From Tubiluchus corallicola (Eukaryota > Animalia > Priapulida): 64,000 nucleotides of DNA. The notes below the pieces were generated by a model. The model ran no database searches. It was not told the DNA's origin and worked only from the letters and a program-made list of their open reading frames with translations. Shown piece by piece: positions 1 to 15,000 of this stretch. Each line of letters opens with the position of its first letter. The stretch's first letter is position 1. A program made the position numbers and the translations under genes. Location: assembly GCA_030141605.1 (NCBI GenBank), contig JAQGDQ010000043.1, positions 372,001 to 436,000 of the forward strand, written 5' to 3'.

Positions 1-10
1 TTATTTCAAG

Positions 11-3000
11 GGAACAGCTGTTATGAGAATTGAAGCCATTGATGGTGACCAGGGGGCACCACGTCCAATTGAGTATGAGCTTCTCGTGAACCCCAATGAT
101 TACTTTACACTTGATGAGAAAGGAGTGCTCCGCACAGCTAAACCAATCAACCGGGAAGATATAAAGCAGATATCTGGAACACTGAAATTGACTGTGATGG
201 TATGCTTATTATACTATTTAGCACAAATATAAGTAACGCGTAGCAAATACAACAAAACAAACAACAATGAGCAAAATGGTTGTACAACCTTGGAAAAACC
301 TAGATTATTTTTAATTAATTTTCTAGTTGAAATAAATTAAATTTATTACTCTTAAATGTTGTATGATTGATATCTCTGATATTAACTAGCGTATCAAACA
401 AATTGAAACAGTAAGGTCATGTAGCATTTCAAAAGTTATACACAGTTCTGGCTAAGTCTTTGATTTATTTATACTGCTCATATCAGTCATTTATGCAAAC
501 TAAGTTTATATATCATATATGTGACCATACGAGGAACTGCTCTCACTAAATAATAAGTCCATCAATCAAAAAGCTTAGATCTGTATATATTTTGTTATAA
601 TTATGTGTATGCTGTGTTTTCTTATGCATGCATTAATTATTTTTAATAGGCAAGAGAAGTCATAGATGTCACAACTGTTGATTCGTCAGAAATGAGTAAG
701 GCAACAGATATCATGATATCTGTTATGGATGTCAATGATGTTCCACCACACTTTAATCATGACAAGTTTTATGTCACTATAATGGAAAATATCGGTGACC
801 GTACTCCTCTGCCAGATCTAGATATGTACGTGGTTGACAGAGACAGTGTAAGTGTAGTGATAGTGAAATGTTTATCCTTAATAGTAGATCTTCTGTAGCT
901 CATACTGTTTTTTCCCTCTCTCTCTATCTTATCCATTTTCTCCTCTTTTGTCTTTCCCTCTCTCTCTGTCTCTCTCTCTCTCTCTCTCTCGTCTCTCTCT
1001 GACTCTCTGTTTTCTCATCCCTCTCTTTCTCACGCCCTCTCTCCATCCCTCTGTCTTTTTCATCTCTCTCACATCTCTCCTCAGATGTTTTTCACTTTGC
1101 CACATATCAAAAATTTTGCTTTGTTTCATTTTTATGTATTTTCAGGGTATCAATTCTGTATTTGAAATATTTCTTGTGGGAGGAGACAACATTTTTAGTG
1201 TTATTCCACGCATAGCAACAGGTTCAGCTTCTGTTAGTATTCGTGTTGATAACTCTTCACGCCTAGATTATGAGCAGCTGGATAACAATGTGTTTACACT
1301 CCAGGTATAACTTGGTTTAATTCAGTAAATATGTCATAGTTCAGAATTTGTAAAAAGAAGTGTCTGGTTCAGTTTGTATTTAGTAGTTTCCTGTTACTGT
1401 TGTGTCAAATAAAATTACTGTTAACATTTGTACTTAATTATTTGCCTGGACTCAGTAACGAAGGCATTTGGCTTTTTTCATGGTAATAAAGAACTTTTTT
1501 ATGTGAACTGCAGTTGAAGATATGAGTGCTACCGATTAATTGGAAGGTGGACCGAATACAAACTTCTTTCCAGAATGAAAATTAATACTTAACATTCGGA
1601 GACAAATCTTATCTGATTGCAAGATTCAGACTGTAGAATAAATTGATGTTAAATATCAAGAACTTGAACTATCAACATTTTTAAAAAATGTCTTAAGACA
1701 TTCCTTTTTAAGTGTGGTTGTTTTAGCGGTTCTTATATACGCAGGGCTGGAAGTAGCTGCAGTGATTCTATGTATTGTAATTAAACAGTTATGTGTGATC
1801 ACTGCTGTACATTTCTAAACAGTTTTATGTCTTTTATTTTAAAAATGTGATAATACTTTTTAACCTACTAGAGTGACTTAAATGTATTATTAATAGCTAG
1901 TTATAAATGTATCAATTTATCTAAATATTTCAGTACAACTTTCAGTTTGTTTATTACTGAATATGCTAGGTTGTGGTATTTTGTTACCTGATTTTACACT
2001 ACTTAAGCTAACTTATTAATAATGGTCTGTAGTGCTGAAACAGGTAGTATGAGTAAAACTAATAACTATATTTCTGATTTCTTAGCAAGTCAACAACAAC
2101 CTCAATTGTCTACGTCCAGGAATCTCAAACCTTTTTAGAATACTTACCTGCATATGTTTGTTTAGGTTTATGCAAGAGAGACGTCGACAGCAGAAAAACT
2201 AAACAGTTCAGCTTTGGTGGAAGTTACTGTCATTGATGTCAATGATAACAAGCCAGTTTTTGATTTACACGAGGAGGAGCTCATAGCTGAAGTTCCAGAA
2301 GATGCCCAAGTTGGTTATCCTGTACTAGCTGTGAAGGTATGTTATAATTACATGATCTTTCACAAGCTGATTTACTTCTTCTATCAGGGATTTATATGAA
2401 TTCCTGTTTTCATTACTAGCAAAACCTGGTGAGCTTCGCTTTTGCTTTGTTGTGTGGAGATTTCTATCACTTTCATTTTTATTTTGAATGCAATCATATA
2501 TTTAATTACTGTCAATATGCTTTTAGAGCCTAGCACATTACTACTATTGCCTTGATTTCTATCACAGACAGCATTTTATCTTCTATGGATAAATTAGAAA
2601 TATCTCTGTTTACTATGCCTGAGCTATATCTCTTAGCCAATGCTTTGATATTGTTGACCACAGTATGTTACTAAATAAACTGCAACAATATCAAATTGCT
2701 CCCGGATGGTTTCAAAGTTATCTCACCATGCACGCACAATGCGATAATGATATAGAAATATTTCAAGGGAGCTGTCTAGGCCCCTATTATTCAACATATT
2801 TAGCAACGATTTTAGTACTTATGTGCCAACTAAAATAAATAGCTTTGAAACCTGTTAAGTACAATTTGCAGATGATTCCTAGGCTGCTACATCTACACCG
2901 AATCTAAGATTAATGAAACAGTGAATAATTTCACAGATGTGCTAACCACCATGCACATTTGGTACCTCAATAATGGAATAAAACTTAATGCTGAAAAAAT

Positions 3001-6000
3001 GGAATTGATGTTCATTGGCATCAGGCAAAATTTGCAGACTTGTGCTACAGATTTAGTGACATTAGATTTTTTGGACAACAAAATTCAACCGTCTGCTAAT
3101 GCACGCAATTTGCGAGTCATCTTTGATTAGAATTTAAACTGGGCTGAGCATATAAACTCTGTCTCTGATGAATGTACGGGATTACTTCTTGGTATTAATA
3201 ATATTAAAAATTGTATACCACATCATTTGTTGATGTAAATTATAAATAGTCTTGTATTTTCACATGTGCTTTACTGTTTATCTGTATATAGTAATACTGC
3301 AGATATTCACTTAAACAAAATTTGCAGCTAGGGTGATGTCTAACCGGTGAAAATACGACCACATATCTGATGTCATTATAAATTTGAAACTTTTATTTGT
3401 TAAATAATTAGCTAAATTTGCAGATGTTTGCTTGCTCCACAAACTGTTGCTCTATAAACATCAACTTACATCTATAATCAGCTAAATTTCAACTGTAATA
3501 TGATTTCTCAGTCCACTAGACAATCAAATTTACTTTTTATTCCTGCTGCAAAATCAAATTCTGGTACAGGTCTGTTCACAGTCAGGGCAAGCAAGCATTA
3601 CAATCAGTATGCTATAAGGAATTACTTATAAATAGTCGTTAGTTACAATATATTTTATTTTCTTTTAACTGTAATCAAGTTTTACAACCGTGCTTTTGTG
3701 TAATATTAATTAGGTGTTCTTTATTTTTATATTGATTATTTTATATTTTTTACTTCTACGTAAAAGAAAACCTCATTTATGGGGACTGTAATGTAAAAAT
3801 AAATAAATAAATAAATTTTTCATTTTCTCTCCTCTCTCTTCTCTCTCTTTCTCTCTCTTGCCTTTATTTAGTTTTTATCCTATAAGGTTTATTATTAAAC
3901 TACAAAACTAGTTTAAATCATCTGCATGTGATTAGAATTCTACATTTATATTTACATCATGTTGACATCATATCGCTCAAAGAGCTTTGCCATTGAAACA
4001 ATACTTAACCATCGACAAAATCAGTCATATCTCGAAAGGAAATAAATTTTCCGAAAAACGAATGTCTAGTACCCACCCTCTGGACGTGATGATCAAGAAA
4101 ACACAAAAAAAACTCGAGTAGACATAGCACTGATCTCGAGATCTAGCATGGATACACACATACATGCTGTTACATACGTATGTACATATCTTTACTCCGT
4201 TATGGATAGATATATTTTATATAGTTGTAGAAGAGTGTTATTTTTGGTGTTCAATGTTTATTTGTTTACATGTTTTCAGATTTTGTTCATTACTATTCAT
4301 TACTTTGTGTTTTTATTTTTATTAGGCAACTGACATAGACAGCAAAGATTATGGAACTGCTGGAATTCGTTACAAACTGTTTGGTAATGGTGTTGATAGG
4401 TAATTAAAATTATAATATAATTTGTTAGTAATTATTATGTTAATTATGCTAGTTAAATCTTTAGAGTTTGTTGTGAACTTGACCAAGTTCACAAGTCACA
4501 CATGGTTAGCCATGTGGTCACTTTGGTATATAACATGTTAAACATGCGTGAAAATGGAAGAAGTTGGTGTTGAGTGTGTGTTAAAATAAAAACTGCCGTA
4601 GTGTGTTATATAGTGTGTTACAGTGTGTTATATAGTAGCTTAATTTACGTTAACATTAATCATAAAATATGTTTAACTGAAATCCTGTGAAGAAAAGAAA
4701 ATTCACGACATGGAGGCACCACCCGGATAGATTGTTTACACGGATGAAAAGAAAACCGTAAGTTGGATCTGCCATTTACCTTTTTACCTAGATTTATCTG
4801 ATAAGTTTACTTCTACAAGTCTAGTGGCTTCGCACCTGTATAAACTGTATCGTTTACCGTCTATTTAACTGCATGAGCAGAAAATGCTATGGTTTTAAAC
4901 GGCAAGTTCAGAAATTCACATTTGTATCGGAATGAAGTGAAATGTACGTGACTGCAGAAATAGCGAAAATAGTAGCTGTATAAATTACTGGAAGTGGAGA
5001 CAATACAAATTGTTATAAAACCTAGAAATGAACTGAATTAAAATTCTTGGAAAACGGCTGTTCCCGCTAATAAATATTAATCACGGGCAAGTGAAAACAA
5101 ATTGAAAGATACGGCGGCACTCTCGCCTGTGAAGATTTTATATAGAGATATTGCTGGAAATAAACATTGTAGAAACTGCAGAAAATATATGTGAAAAAAC
5201 CGAGGAAGTCACAGCAAAATACAACTGGTAAGACAGGCTGTTCCTGTACATCAAATCTGATCTAAAATGTGGAGTAATTAAAAAGGCTGATCCTGTATGT
5301 AAATTAATTCTGCAAAAATAGTCTTGAAAAAATTAAATGACATACTGAAAAACAAATTTTTGGAAAAAAACGGAGATCAGATAAATAGTTAAAAAATTCA
5401 AAAGGTCATGGCGGCAAAACTACGTCAAAGAATTGGACCACAAATTTCATTTTTGAAAAAGACGGTTAACGAAGCCAATGAATTATTGGGTTGTGAATTA
5501 CGAGGAACTGATGAAGAGTGTCTCCTTCAATTCAGACATAAAGCTACAGCTTTGCAGAAACGTGTCAAACAGAACTTACAAAAAACTGAGGAATACATTG
5601 AAAAATATGAACAGTACTTAGAAAAACCATAGTGTGTTATATAGTAGCTTAATTAACGTTAACATTAATCATAAAACATGTTTAACTGAAATCCCGTGAA
5701 GAAAAGGAAATTCACAACAGAGTTATGGTTGAGTTATGCACTTAACACAGGTATACTTGTAGTCATGTTTTTGTTTGTATGTTTGCATCTCATTTCTGAA
5801 AATCAACAAAATATTGAACATATTGCAATGTTATATTTTCCTGTTACTTTTTACTAGTTCCCAGTTAATTTTTTCCAGTTGTTCTTCATGTTAACTGCAG
5901 GGTATTTTACTTGTAATAATCACTTCCACGAGTAGCTGATATGCTGAATTAACTTGTGTTTCTGTTTTTTGCCTCTTCCGTGTGCATTGTTATTTTTAGA

Positions 6001-9000
6001 GAATTTTTGCTTGTATTACTCCTATCACATGTTTGGAGAAAGAAAGCTGAAATCTGCTCTGTGACAAGCAGTCATATTTCTTAACTAAATTATTTAAATT
6101 ATTTAGTCTAAGTTTTAATTATTTAAACAGTCTATTTTGAATGTGAAATCCACTTGTACAACCATCTGAGTAAATAGGTTGAATAGGATGTATATCAGGC
6201 AAAATTTTTCTAACACTTAATAACACTTCTATTAGTAATTGTGACAGGCCCATATTTACTTATCAGCTGTACTGGCTTACTGAAAGGGAAAACCATCTAC
6301 CTGATTTTTTGTACGAAGAAATTCATCAGATTTTGTATTACATTCGAACTAACCGATGTAAATATTACTAACAAATATTTATGAATTGCACTGTTATAAT
6401 ATGTAATATGTGCAAATAAAATCCTATGTATATTATTCAGAAAATTTTGATGTAAACCAATGATAATTAGAAATTGATTGAGAATCTGTCATTTAGGTTA
6501 TTTTGATCATTATCAAACACTACTAGCAGTACTCTCAATTTTTTCTACGTCAATAGAAATTTTTTGAAGATAGTTTAAACTACTGGTATGATTTAGCTTC
6601 ATTAGAGCATTCTCTTTAAAGTACATGTGAAAGCTATAGTATTAGAAAATGAACAACAACAATTATGAACAGTGTTCGTATTTCACCTACATTAACAAAG
6701 TATGTACAATGCAGTATTTGTCACTATTGTTTTGTTCAGCTTGCAGACAGTGATATCTAGTTTTTTAAAAATCTACAAATTTTGTACTCTGCATTTGTAT
6801 TTGTATAATTGTCCTGTACAATTGAATGAAGTCATTATATTCTCTGTTTAGGTTTTACATCAATGAAACAACTGGAGACATTATCGTTGCAGAGTGTGAG
6901 TCTCCTGGATCTGGAAACTGCATTGATTTTGAAGGAAGTTCGGCATATTATCTCACAGTTTCTGCTACTGATAATTTTGGAGACGGGCAGACAACAACTG
7001 TTGGCTTGCGCATAATACTGGCAGGTATGTAGCTTCTTTGTATGGATTTAATTCAGTCATGTCCAAACAGTAAAACTTTGTAGTGGTTCCTGCATTTTTT
7101 AAAATCATTATAAATTGTTTGTTTCACTGTGTTGTAACTATAAAATTAAAGATAAGTAATATGTGTGTCATATATGTGTATGTAGTTTACTACATGCAAC
7201 ATGCACCCTTTCATCAGAACTATTATACTTGTTATTTACTGAATACAGACAACCGTTTCGGTATTAGATATGGAAAATACTGGCAGTACTGTGTAACATT
7301 GTAGTCAGCTGACGTGTTTTATGTATTTTTTGCATAATTACTATTTTGTAAAAATATATAAGCTGTTAGCTGGTCATGACCTGCTGGCTGATGTTAGAAG
7401 TTTATGATAGTACTACAGCTTGGTGATCATTGAAGCATAGACTGGAGATTTACCACCATTATTAATTATTAATTAATGCTAAATTCCATGGTTGATCTTG
7501 GTCTCCATGTTCTGTTCCCTGTAGTACCATCAGCCATAATGCTCTTGGCATGAGGATTGAGGATTTTCAACCTTTCATTCAATTTCAAATCATGTTCAAT
7601 TATAATTTACGTATTTCTAGTGAAGTTTTGCTCAAAACCACAGCTATGTTGTTACAAACATCAAAAGCATGAAAGAAACAGCTTCTTGCAATCAGTATGT
7701 TATTTATTGAGCACACACTGTTTGACCGTTTATTGATAGTTTTGGTGTTAAATAAGATTTTCAGTGCTAAAAATTAAGAACTATTATAATTTACTAATGG
7801 ATACTAATGCACAAACAAATAAGCAAAAACATTTTTTGTCCAAAGTCTGTTTTTGTACTAACTGTCTAATATTTCTTAAATACTAAATACTAAAGTCATT
7901 TTAAGCTTTTCTGATTTCTTATTAATAAATCCATTTGCTTAGGGTGATGTAGAAATTACAAATTTGATAGAAGTATTTAGTAGCAATGAGTTTATTGCTC
8001 ACATAAAAAGCTTTGCATTTGCAGACAGTGACATTATACTGTAGTTTCTTTTTTTGACATAAATGATCTGGAAAAATCTAGCTTTTTGCAATTTATTGTT
8101 TACTTTTCAGATGTTGATGATAATCGTCCGCGGTTTAGGCAACAGAACTACACAGCAAGCATTTCAGAAGGCACCCAAGAGTTTAGCCCTCCTCTCATTA
8201 TCATGGTTAGTAATGCAAATTTTCATGCAAGTGTAATATAGACAGTTTAGTTTTTATTGTTTTATTCTATGAGTTTAATAATAATGTTAATTTTGAATCT
8301 GAGTGTTTTGCAATATCAGTGTTTGCTAGTTTGATTGTTGTTTTCTAGGCTGATGACCGGGACAACATTTCAACCATATTGTATTCCATAATATCAGGAA
8401 ATGATGAAGGTGTATTTCAAGTAGATAGTCGGTCTGGCTTAGTTACAGTTGTACGTCCTAATCTATTAGACATTGATCATCTGGGAACATCCATGTATGT
8501 AGGCTTTGAAATTCACTTAAAAGTACCACAGATATTATCATTTATTATATTAGACATGTTTTTATCACTGTAGTTTGCCTTAGTCTGTGGATTAATTTGA
8601 TGTTGAACATTTGTAGGCATTTTGGATGTGAGAAAATGTGTATGGCTAATTTCAAAAAACTTTGAATAAGTTTGTTTAAATGCTTGGAAATTTGATGTGA
8701 GCAGAATTCAATGGATAGTAATACTGACCCTTTTTTCACGGTTAAATCAGTTTGAATGTAATGAGGAAAATATCTTCTTTGTTTTAGACTCTCACTGACT
8801 GTTAGTGCAAGTGATGGTCACACAGAACCTGCAACAGCAACTGTGTTTATCTATGTCAGGGTATGCAGCATTATTTCTATTTTACTTCTAGTACTTGTTT
8901 ACCTTTTGTTTTTTTATTCCTTTTTTTGTAAGTGCTGTTTTTCAAAGTAAGTTGTCCAGCTCCTTGTCTGATTTCTAGGATATCATAGGTATTGAATGCC

Positions 9001-12000
9001 ATGTGATAGCTGTAATACCCCAGCAAAATTACTTGAACTAACCATGATATTTAAGTTCTGGTTTTCATTTATACACTTTGTTTTGCCGTTATTTTTAACT
9101 ACATTAATAAGTTGTCCAGGGTTATTTCAAAATTGACAAGCATATTTGCACTCAAGTGCTGTTCTTGACATCAAAGATGTTGCTAGAGTAGGCAATCTGT
9201 ACTCTGTATGTTAATTACCAATGGCAAAGTGCCATTTGCAAGTGCAACCATTGACTAATTTCTTTAGTTCTAGAATCACGTGAATAATTAATTGACGGAT
9301 CAAACAAACAAAGTAATGAAAAAATTATTTATTATAATAATTAAATGATTAAAATGGCCTCAGAATACATGTACTTTTTCGTTTATATGATTATCTGTAG
9401 GCTGTAGGGGAACGACCTCCTGTGTTTGATTCTGGTAGTTATGAAGCGTCTGTACTTGAATCTGCTGTTGAGGGAACCGTTGCCGTCAAGGTTTTTGCAA
9501 TCTCAAACCGCAAAGGCGACAATTTTGTTACTTACAGCCTTACCGCTGATGACGGGGATTTTTCCATAAATCATACAACAGGAGAAATCTTTGTTGCTTC
9601 TCCATTGAACTTTGATCGTAGATCAAAATATGTTTTTACAGTAAGTTCACTTTTGACGTTTTATTTTTAGTTAATGTTAGTGGCTGAAGTATTTGTTGTG
9701 CATTTCCGTTTTAATATGAGTAAGTCAAGAAATTATTTAGATTTATTTTTATTTTTTGGGGTAAAGACTCAAAGAAGTAAAGAATTAATAAGAAATTTGT
9801 ATTTCAAAGTGACAGAGATTTTGATTGAATTGCTTACACTTATTACTCAACCATTTAATGGTAAAGTTTACTAATCACAATTTTCCCCAATTATTTATAT
9901 ATCACCAATTTTTTGTTATACAATTACGAAATATAAAAATTTAAAAGAATAAGCAAGGTAGAACATGCAGCGGCAAGAACTACTATACTGTTACAATATA
10001 CATGAACTAAATAAAATGAGTTTAAAATTGAAATAAAAATCTTTTACAAGAATTTTCGCGACGAGTAAAGGTTGAAGATTAGCCAAAATTCGAGAATTTA
10101 CATAGTTTTTACTTGGAAGAATTATTTTCAATGAGCATTGTTGAACAGTTTCTATCAAATCAGAGAGATTTTGGGAGACAGGTGAGTGCCATACCTGACA
10201 AGCGTGTTCAGCAACTGGTCTAATTATGGTGCACTACATTTTTATCATATCATTAGTCCCTGCTCTTTTCGTGTTAATTGCAAAAGGTAAACTCTTTTGA
10301 ATGGTGTGAGTTACATCCACATTGATAGACCCAAGGTTGTAGTTCTGAAGTAGCATTTTAAATGATAGGTGAGACAAATTGAATATTGTGCATTTGACCA
10401 GAGATTGGTTGGCCCTTGATGCACATGGGTTAAAAGGTTAGAAGTTCCGATTTATTTTTCACTTAAACGAATACAATTCGTAGGTAATCAAGTACGGGCT
10501 TCTGGTTAAAAACTGATAAATTCCAATTTGACTGAAACTATCAGTGGCGAACGTAACAGTGCTTACTCACTATTGTTAATTATTTTGAAAAACATTTTTC
10601 TTTGTTAATGTCACACAAATGCTGTCACTTGTTACAATAGCAGAATTGTACTGCAGTTTTTGACACAGTCAAAAATGTTGTCTAGTTATGTCTTAAACAC
10701 TTGTGACATATAACTGGACTGTTACAGGTATTAGCGATGGATAGCGCTGAACCACCAAGAATTGGGACAGCTAGTATTTCCATTCAAGTTATTGACGTTG
10801 AAGACAAGCCGCCCTTTCCACCACTCATGAATAGTTTCTATGTTCCAGAAGGTATTTTGTATTTCTTTCTTGTTGCTGCATTGAGAGTTAATTTAGTGCA
10901 ACAATAAAGAATGTTTACTATTTACAAGAGCTCTATTATGTATATGAGATATAGCAATTTTTGCCTGGCCTGTAATAGAACTGGGCAGTAGTACAAACAC
11001 ACCCTGAACTTGTTTATCTGCTTTATTTTTTGTGCAACTTCTAGATTAGTCTTCATTATTTTACTATACAGATTAGTTGTACTACTAATTTGCAATTAAC
11101 CTCATGCTTAACTAAGTGACACATAATAATATCTGAAAACCCTGAAAAGTAATTAATATTAATTACATAAAAATGTAAAAGTATGCTGAGATTCTTGACG
11201 AACATTTTGTAGTACTAATTTGTATTCTTTTTGTTTATACAGATTTTAGTGTGGGCTCTTCACCTATTGCTTCTCTGCAGTCACTTATTCCAGCAGGTTA
11301 TCTTGATGATGACGACATTCAGTTACGTTATTCTATTGGAAACGTAACAGCTTTTAGTGATGGGGGTCACCCAGTATCGCCAGACCTGTTCAAATTCTCT
11401 GTTGATGAAGTGACTGGTGATGTGTTTCTTGCAAGTGCTCTTGACAGAGAGGTGGCATCTGTGATTCTCCTTGACATGGAAGTGACTGACATAGCTGCCC
11501 GAAAACAAAGAAATGGAATGGGTAAATTACATACTTTTTATTAGATGAAATGACAAATGTTCAGTTTGAGATTTGCATACTACTCTTTAAGCTTGTGTAG
11601 CTTTATGTAAAAGTATTAACTACTTGATTAAAACCAACCCTAGTTTCTCGCAATAATTATGCTGAAAACTATTATTTGGTTAGGTTAACCCGACCGGCCC
11701 TAATTTTTTACCGCCGAGTGTAAAAGTTTCATTAACGATACGATAAAAAAGAGTTATTTTCCAAATAAACAAATTATAGCACGCCCAACATTCAACAATG
11801 TAAAACAACACAAAATGATAGCTATTTAATGCTGTCGTTGTTGCCATTCCAACAAAAATCTATTCTGTTCAAATGCTTTTTATTTTGATATGCAGTCTAA
11901 ATGGTAGAAGTGTCAAATTTGTATTCAAATTCAATTGATTGCACAGATAATATCGGTTACACTTAAGTTTATTCTTCTCTGGTGGTCTGCCTATTTCTCT

Positions 12001-15000
12001 ATGGAAAGTGAAAACATGTTACACATCATTAGCATGTAGCCGTAGCAGCTAGTCGTTTGTTGATTATATTTTTCCATAATACAGTAATACTAGTTAGCAC
12101 AATATATGTCTCTGTGATTTAAGAAAATAAATCAACAGATCGAAACCTGTTTATGTTTTGACATATTTATTTATTTATTTTAGCTTTAACAAATAATAAT
12201 AACAAATAACAAGAATTCAGAAAACTGAATTCGTGGTTTTTTCACCCCTTACTAATCCAATAACAGATATCTCATTAAAGTAGGTAAAGACATTATAGAA
12301 CAAACAGACACTATCAAATTTTTAGGCGAAAGGTAAATAATAAATTAGATTGGCATAACATTTTAATCAAATCCATAAAAACTGGTAACCAGAATAACTT
12401 GCCTATGCCAAGTTAGAGATCAACTGACAAAACACACAAAAATTCTGATATATAAACAGTAGTAATTCCCCACTTTTTATATGGTTGAATGTTGCTACAA
12501 CCATATGTTAAAATTAAACCCACTTCAAAACTATGCACTAAGACTGACTTCTGGCTACTCCTATGAAGCTCCCACAAAAAAGAACTGTTCAGCAACAACT
12601 TTAAGAAGTTTGTTGTATAAATATATCAATGGTCTCAAAATCCCTTCAGAAATGACAAACATCCTTTCTTGTAAATTACTGATCGAAATTGCCATATTAA
12701 TAACCTAAAGCAAATTCAAACAAACAATAAATTTGGTAATAATTCAGTAGGCAAACAAGCCCTATCTATGAAACTCTCTGCCATCTATTATCAAACAGTC
12801 ACAATAACTGGCTATTTTTAAAAAGAACCTGAAACAATACCAACTAAGTAGATTTCAAAAACCAACTATGTCGTTAACTTCTTTAATTCAAATTTTGTAT
12901 ACCCACATCTCCAACAACTGATAGAGAATAATTATAAATTCGCAACTCATAATTAGTAAATTAAACAGCTGTCTGTAGTAATAATTTTTGTTAGGTTTTA
13001 TATACGAATGTATTGTGTGTATTGTAATAGTTGATGCAAATTTTGCTTACATTTATTATGTATTTTATTTATTATATTGTACGTATGCATTGTGTTATGT
13101 ATTATGTGTATATTGTAATGTACTTTACTAATCGTATGGCTCCTATGTGTAGTATTGTAACTATGTATGTAATTGCTTTTATTTTTAATTTTTATGCACT
13201 AGTAGTTTATGGTTTTGCACCAGATGCATTTGGCTTTCACAGTGTTTAGTACTGAAAGTATTTTTAACACAGAGGATTGTATTTTATTGTAAATTATTTT
13301 TATAGCAAATAAAGTATATGTGTTTATATAATAATAATGAAAAGATACAGCACAATAAATTGCCCGGGAGACCTGTATAAGGTGAAAAGAACACCGCATA
13401 ACATACGGGCCACTACCGACTCGTTTGATTTTTTTTAGTGTTACCCTAGCAAACTAATGCATTTTGTGCTGGTTTTTTCCAAATAATATTTGCAAAACAA
13501 AAGGTTTTGCTCTGTTACCATATTTGTTGGTATCCCATATGCAAATATGAGTTTTGTCAAAAGAGTTCAAGCCATTAATTAGCATTACTAATTATCATTA
13601 ATGACTTCAAATAATAAATTTTGGTATAAATTATTGTTATTAATTTTGAGCACATACTTCATTGTCACACAATTATGTGGATCAGTTAAATGGATTAGTA
13701 AGAAAGTGCCATTATCCAACAAATCCTAGCAACAAAAATGGGTTAGTCAAACAATAATAAAAACTTAGTAAATACATTAAAAGCAACTGTGTTTGATTTT
13801 GATGATTAAGACAGTGATAAGAGTTGAAAGATAAAAGCTGCTAATGTAACACTGTAACGAGTTTTACTAAGATATACGTTGATAAATTTGCATAAATCTT
13901 GTATGTACTATTAGTACCATGTTTGCAAATCTTGCTTATCACTTTGTCTTTTATATTATGCATGACTATGTATGTTACATAAATAAGATGAGGTGGCTAG
14001 GTTAACCTTATTTTTCTGTTTAAATTCTATTAATTTTAAGTTAAGGCCAGGTCTATCATTTTTTGCAACATTCCATTATGGTATCATTCAGAATTTCTTC
14101 TGTGGAAGCCTACATTTGCTTTAATGGGTTTAGCTTTTGTTTCTGGACATTTTATCAACTACAGTCAAAAACGTGTCATAACTGGTGTCGCTCTTTTCAG
14201 ATGATTTTTATTTGGTACTCAAGTTTAGTCCCAATAAATTCAATTGTATGATGAATAGACGGAACAAACGCACACACACTCAGTTTTTCTAGAAATGTGT
14301 GTGTTTTTTCAAACTCTAATTAATTCTCTCAAATTAGCAATTTATTGTGCGATTAAAGTATTTTATCTACAGTGGAAACACGGATGCCTCACCAGGAAGC
14401 AAGAATTGCTTTGTTGTTACTCATTAATGACACCTTTTTATGATTTTTTTTTTACAATATTTTTATGTAATTTAGGAAAGATTGTTATCCACGTTAAAGA
14501 TGTTAATGAGATTCCTCCAGTTTTCTTCCCACCGTGGACTCTGGAAAATCCCTATTATTATACAAGCGTAATGGAAGAGTCTCCTCTTGGAACAGTTGTC
14601 ATAGTGATGGCTGCCATGGATGTAGAATCTGGAATAGCTGAATATGAGTTAACATCGAACCCAAATGATTATTTTGCAATTGATTCTGAAACAGGTGAGC
14701 TTATTTTGAATTTGTTCCACCATTAGAAAACAAAACCCTTGAACTAATAAAGCACTCTTTTAAGGAACGTTTGATATGACAAATTCCTGTAGAAAAATTT
14801 ATGCAAACAGCACAGAAAGATTGAATTTGTAGAGAGCTTGAAGTATATTAGGCTGAACTTAGTGCAGAGTGTTGTAGGTTCAGTCTGGTGGTTGAAACAA
14901 AACTATGAAATTGCGTTGAACTGTGAAAGACTTTATTTCTATTTACATATTACACTATTATTTACAAGCAAGAAGACACATGGTGACCATTCGACAGCAG

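Noticed and set aside
929-1129. Arg/Glu-rich minus-strand ORF
   Set aside because: Translation of a (CT)n microsatellite
11680-13450. Possible DNA transposon termini (TAGGTTAAC..GTTACCCTA) around the LINE fragment
   Set aside because: Terminal match too short and no TSD established
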